Position numbers and translations under genes: made by a program
IMG/VR virus record: IMGVR_UViG_3300020045_002634
Location: 1-33,913 of that record
Strand: one strand, 5' to 3'
Length of the DNA stretch: 33,913 bases
From: a virus
Taxonomy: Duplodnaviria > Caudoviricetes
Shown: positions 32,470 through 33,913 of the stretch, in pieces
How the letters are laid out: each line of letters starts with the position of its first letter
Position numbering within the stretch: position 1 is the stretch's first letter
Notes under the pieces: model-generated
Database searches by the model: none
What the model was told of the DNA's origin: nothing
Seen by the model: only the letters and a program-made list of their open reading frames with translations

Positions 32470-33913
32470 GAACATTACGCCCATACCAAATAGAAGCCAT
32501 CGACCTTATCAAGGCCGAGCTAAAAAAAGGGCATAAACGGGTATTGCTTGCCCTCGCCACTGGTAGCGGCAAGAGTATCATAGCTCGATCAATCGCAGAA
32601 ATGGCAGCAGAAAAAAATAATCAAGTCCTTTTCACCGCTCACCGCACTATTTTAATTGACCAGATGAAGGAAACTTTCAAAGGCTTATCTAACGTAACGT
32701 GCGGGACGCTTCAAGCCATGAGCCGAAAAAAGCATAACGTGAAGCTCATAATTGAGGACGAGGCCCATTACGCCAACGGCTCGAAGATGCGATCCAAAAT
32801 GCCAGACGGCGTTATCACTATTGGCTTATCCGCTACGCCTTTAAATGGTGACGGCTCAAAACTTGAGGGATGGGATGTAATCATAGATCATATCCAACTG
32901 TGCGACCTAATCAAAATGGGATATGCCTCACCCGTTAAATGCCTTGCGCCCGTGAAGCCTGACCGTGATAAACTTAAAATATCAAAAGGCGATTACGATA
33001 ATCAAGAGGCTTTCGACTTAATGGCAAAATCTTCCATGATAGGCGATATTGTAGACACCTATGAGAAATATGCCACTGGGTTACGGACATTGGTTTTTTG
33101 CGTAAATATTCAGCACGCTGAACTCTTATCCGCTGAATTCAAAGCACGAGGGCACCGATGCGATAGCGTCCATTCAAAAAAGGATAGCGGGGAAGTCATG
33201 GATCGGTTTAAAAACCACGAGATTGATATAGTGTGCAACGTGGAAGTCCTGACTACGGGGGTGGATATTGCAGATATTTACTGTATTGTCCTTGCAGTGC
33301 CTACAAAGTCAATAGTAAAGGCGGTCCAGATATACGGACGCGCTACACGCTTAAATCCAAACGACCCAAATAAAACCGCTTTAATTTTAGACTGCGCTGG
33401 AGTCATAGAAGATACAATCCACCCATTGACACGCATGAGATTCGACAAAGAGAAGAAGGAGAAAAAAGAAAAGACGTGTGAACGCACCACATCCAAAGGT
33501 GAAACGTGCGGAGGTCGTTTTTTTGTTGAGTCTAAAACATCCATTCCCGATATGGAAGGATATTTAAAAGTCACTACGATCAAGAAGTGCCAAAAGTGCA
33601 ACGCCTCAAAAATCGAGGAGTCGCTGGAGATTATGAAGGTTGAGGAGTGCTTGGAATGCGGCCATATTATAGACAATGCGATGTCCGTATCTAAGACAGA
33701 TAAGGAAATGACGTTTAATCTCGTATGTAAAAATTGCAATGCTGAACGTGAATATCGTAAAATTGAATTGGTTAATGGCGAACTAGAAGAAATTAATCCG
33801 AATGAAGTGACATGGAATGATGTTGTATTTGAACTTAAAAATGCCCGAAGCCGTGAAGGTAAAAAATACCATTTCAAATGGTCGGATCACGCTATCGAAA
33901 TATTAAAGCGAAA
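32466..33913 (+). CDS. SF2 DEAH-box helicase (YejH/RadD-like) with C-terminal Cys clusters; continues to 236 (520 aa total)
   Basis: Absent from the track because it runs off the end. My translation from TTG 32466: LRPYQ, LATGSGKS, IEDEAH, GLSATP, VLTTGVD, QIYGRATR, then CQKC, CLEC, CKNC. Confidence 0.92.
   Translation, partial: MRTLRPYQIEAIDLIKAELKKGHKRVLLALATGSGKSIIARSIAEMAAEKNNQVLFTAHRTILIDQMKETFKGLSNVTCGTLQAMSRKKHNVKLIIEDEAHYANGSKMRSKMPDGVITIGLSATPLNGDGSKLEGWDVIIDHIQLCDLIKMGYASPVKCLAPVKPDRDKLKISKGDYDNQEAFDLMAKSSMIGDIVDTYEKYATGLRTLVFCVNIQHAELLSAEFKARGHRCDSVHSKKDSGEVMDRFKNHEIDIVCNVEVLTTGVDIADIYCIVLAVPTKSIVKAVQIYGRATRLNPNDPNKTALILDCAGVIEDTIHPLTRMRFDKEKKEKKEKTCERTTSKGETCGGRFFVESKTSIPDMEGYLKVTTIKKCQKCNASKIEESLEIMKVEECLECGHIIDNAMSVSKTDKEMTFNLVCKNCNAEREYRKIELVNGELEEINPNEVTWNDVVFELKNARSREGKKYHFKWSDHAIEILKR
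33793..33913. repeat. Terminal overlap identical to 1-121
   Basis: Exact match read directly. Confidence 0.97.

Overview
The window is an apparently complete, circularly assembled tailed-phage genome. Bases 1-121 are repeated exactly at 33793-33913, giving a unit length of 33,792 bp. The + strand early arm (29993 through the contig junction to 8950) carries a putative origin, a primase-helicase, an SF2 helicase that wraps the junction, a Gp157/RecT-like/SSB/VRR-NUC recombination module and about 20 small accessory genes. The convergent - strand late arm (29251 to 9087) has podovirus architecture: TerS, TerL, portal, scaffold, major capsid, tail tubular A and B, four internal (ejection) proteins, a beta-helix tailspike and a lysis cassette with an M15 peptidase endolysin. 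I found no DNA or RNA polymerase, integrase, clear repressor, tRNA or CRISPR array. Recurrent TTAAG/TTTAG-N11-TAnnnT promoters suggest a Campylobacterota-like host (inference). The most notable observations are: two paralogous early genes carrying different tandem-repeat solenoids fused to the same C-terminal cap; a highly structured ~390-nt non-coding leader; an iteron and inverted-repeat origin followed by a C4/CI-like switchable antisense leader; an ADP-ribosyltransferase-like domain on an ejection protein; a Tad2-like gene; and a lysis cassette with no recognisable spanin but a PLA2-like protein. All family calls come from motif recognition by eye, with no database search.
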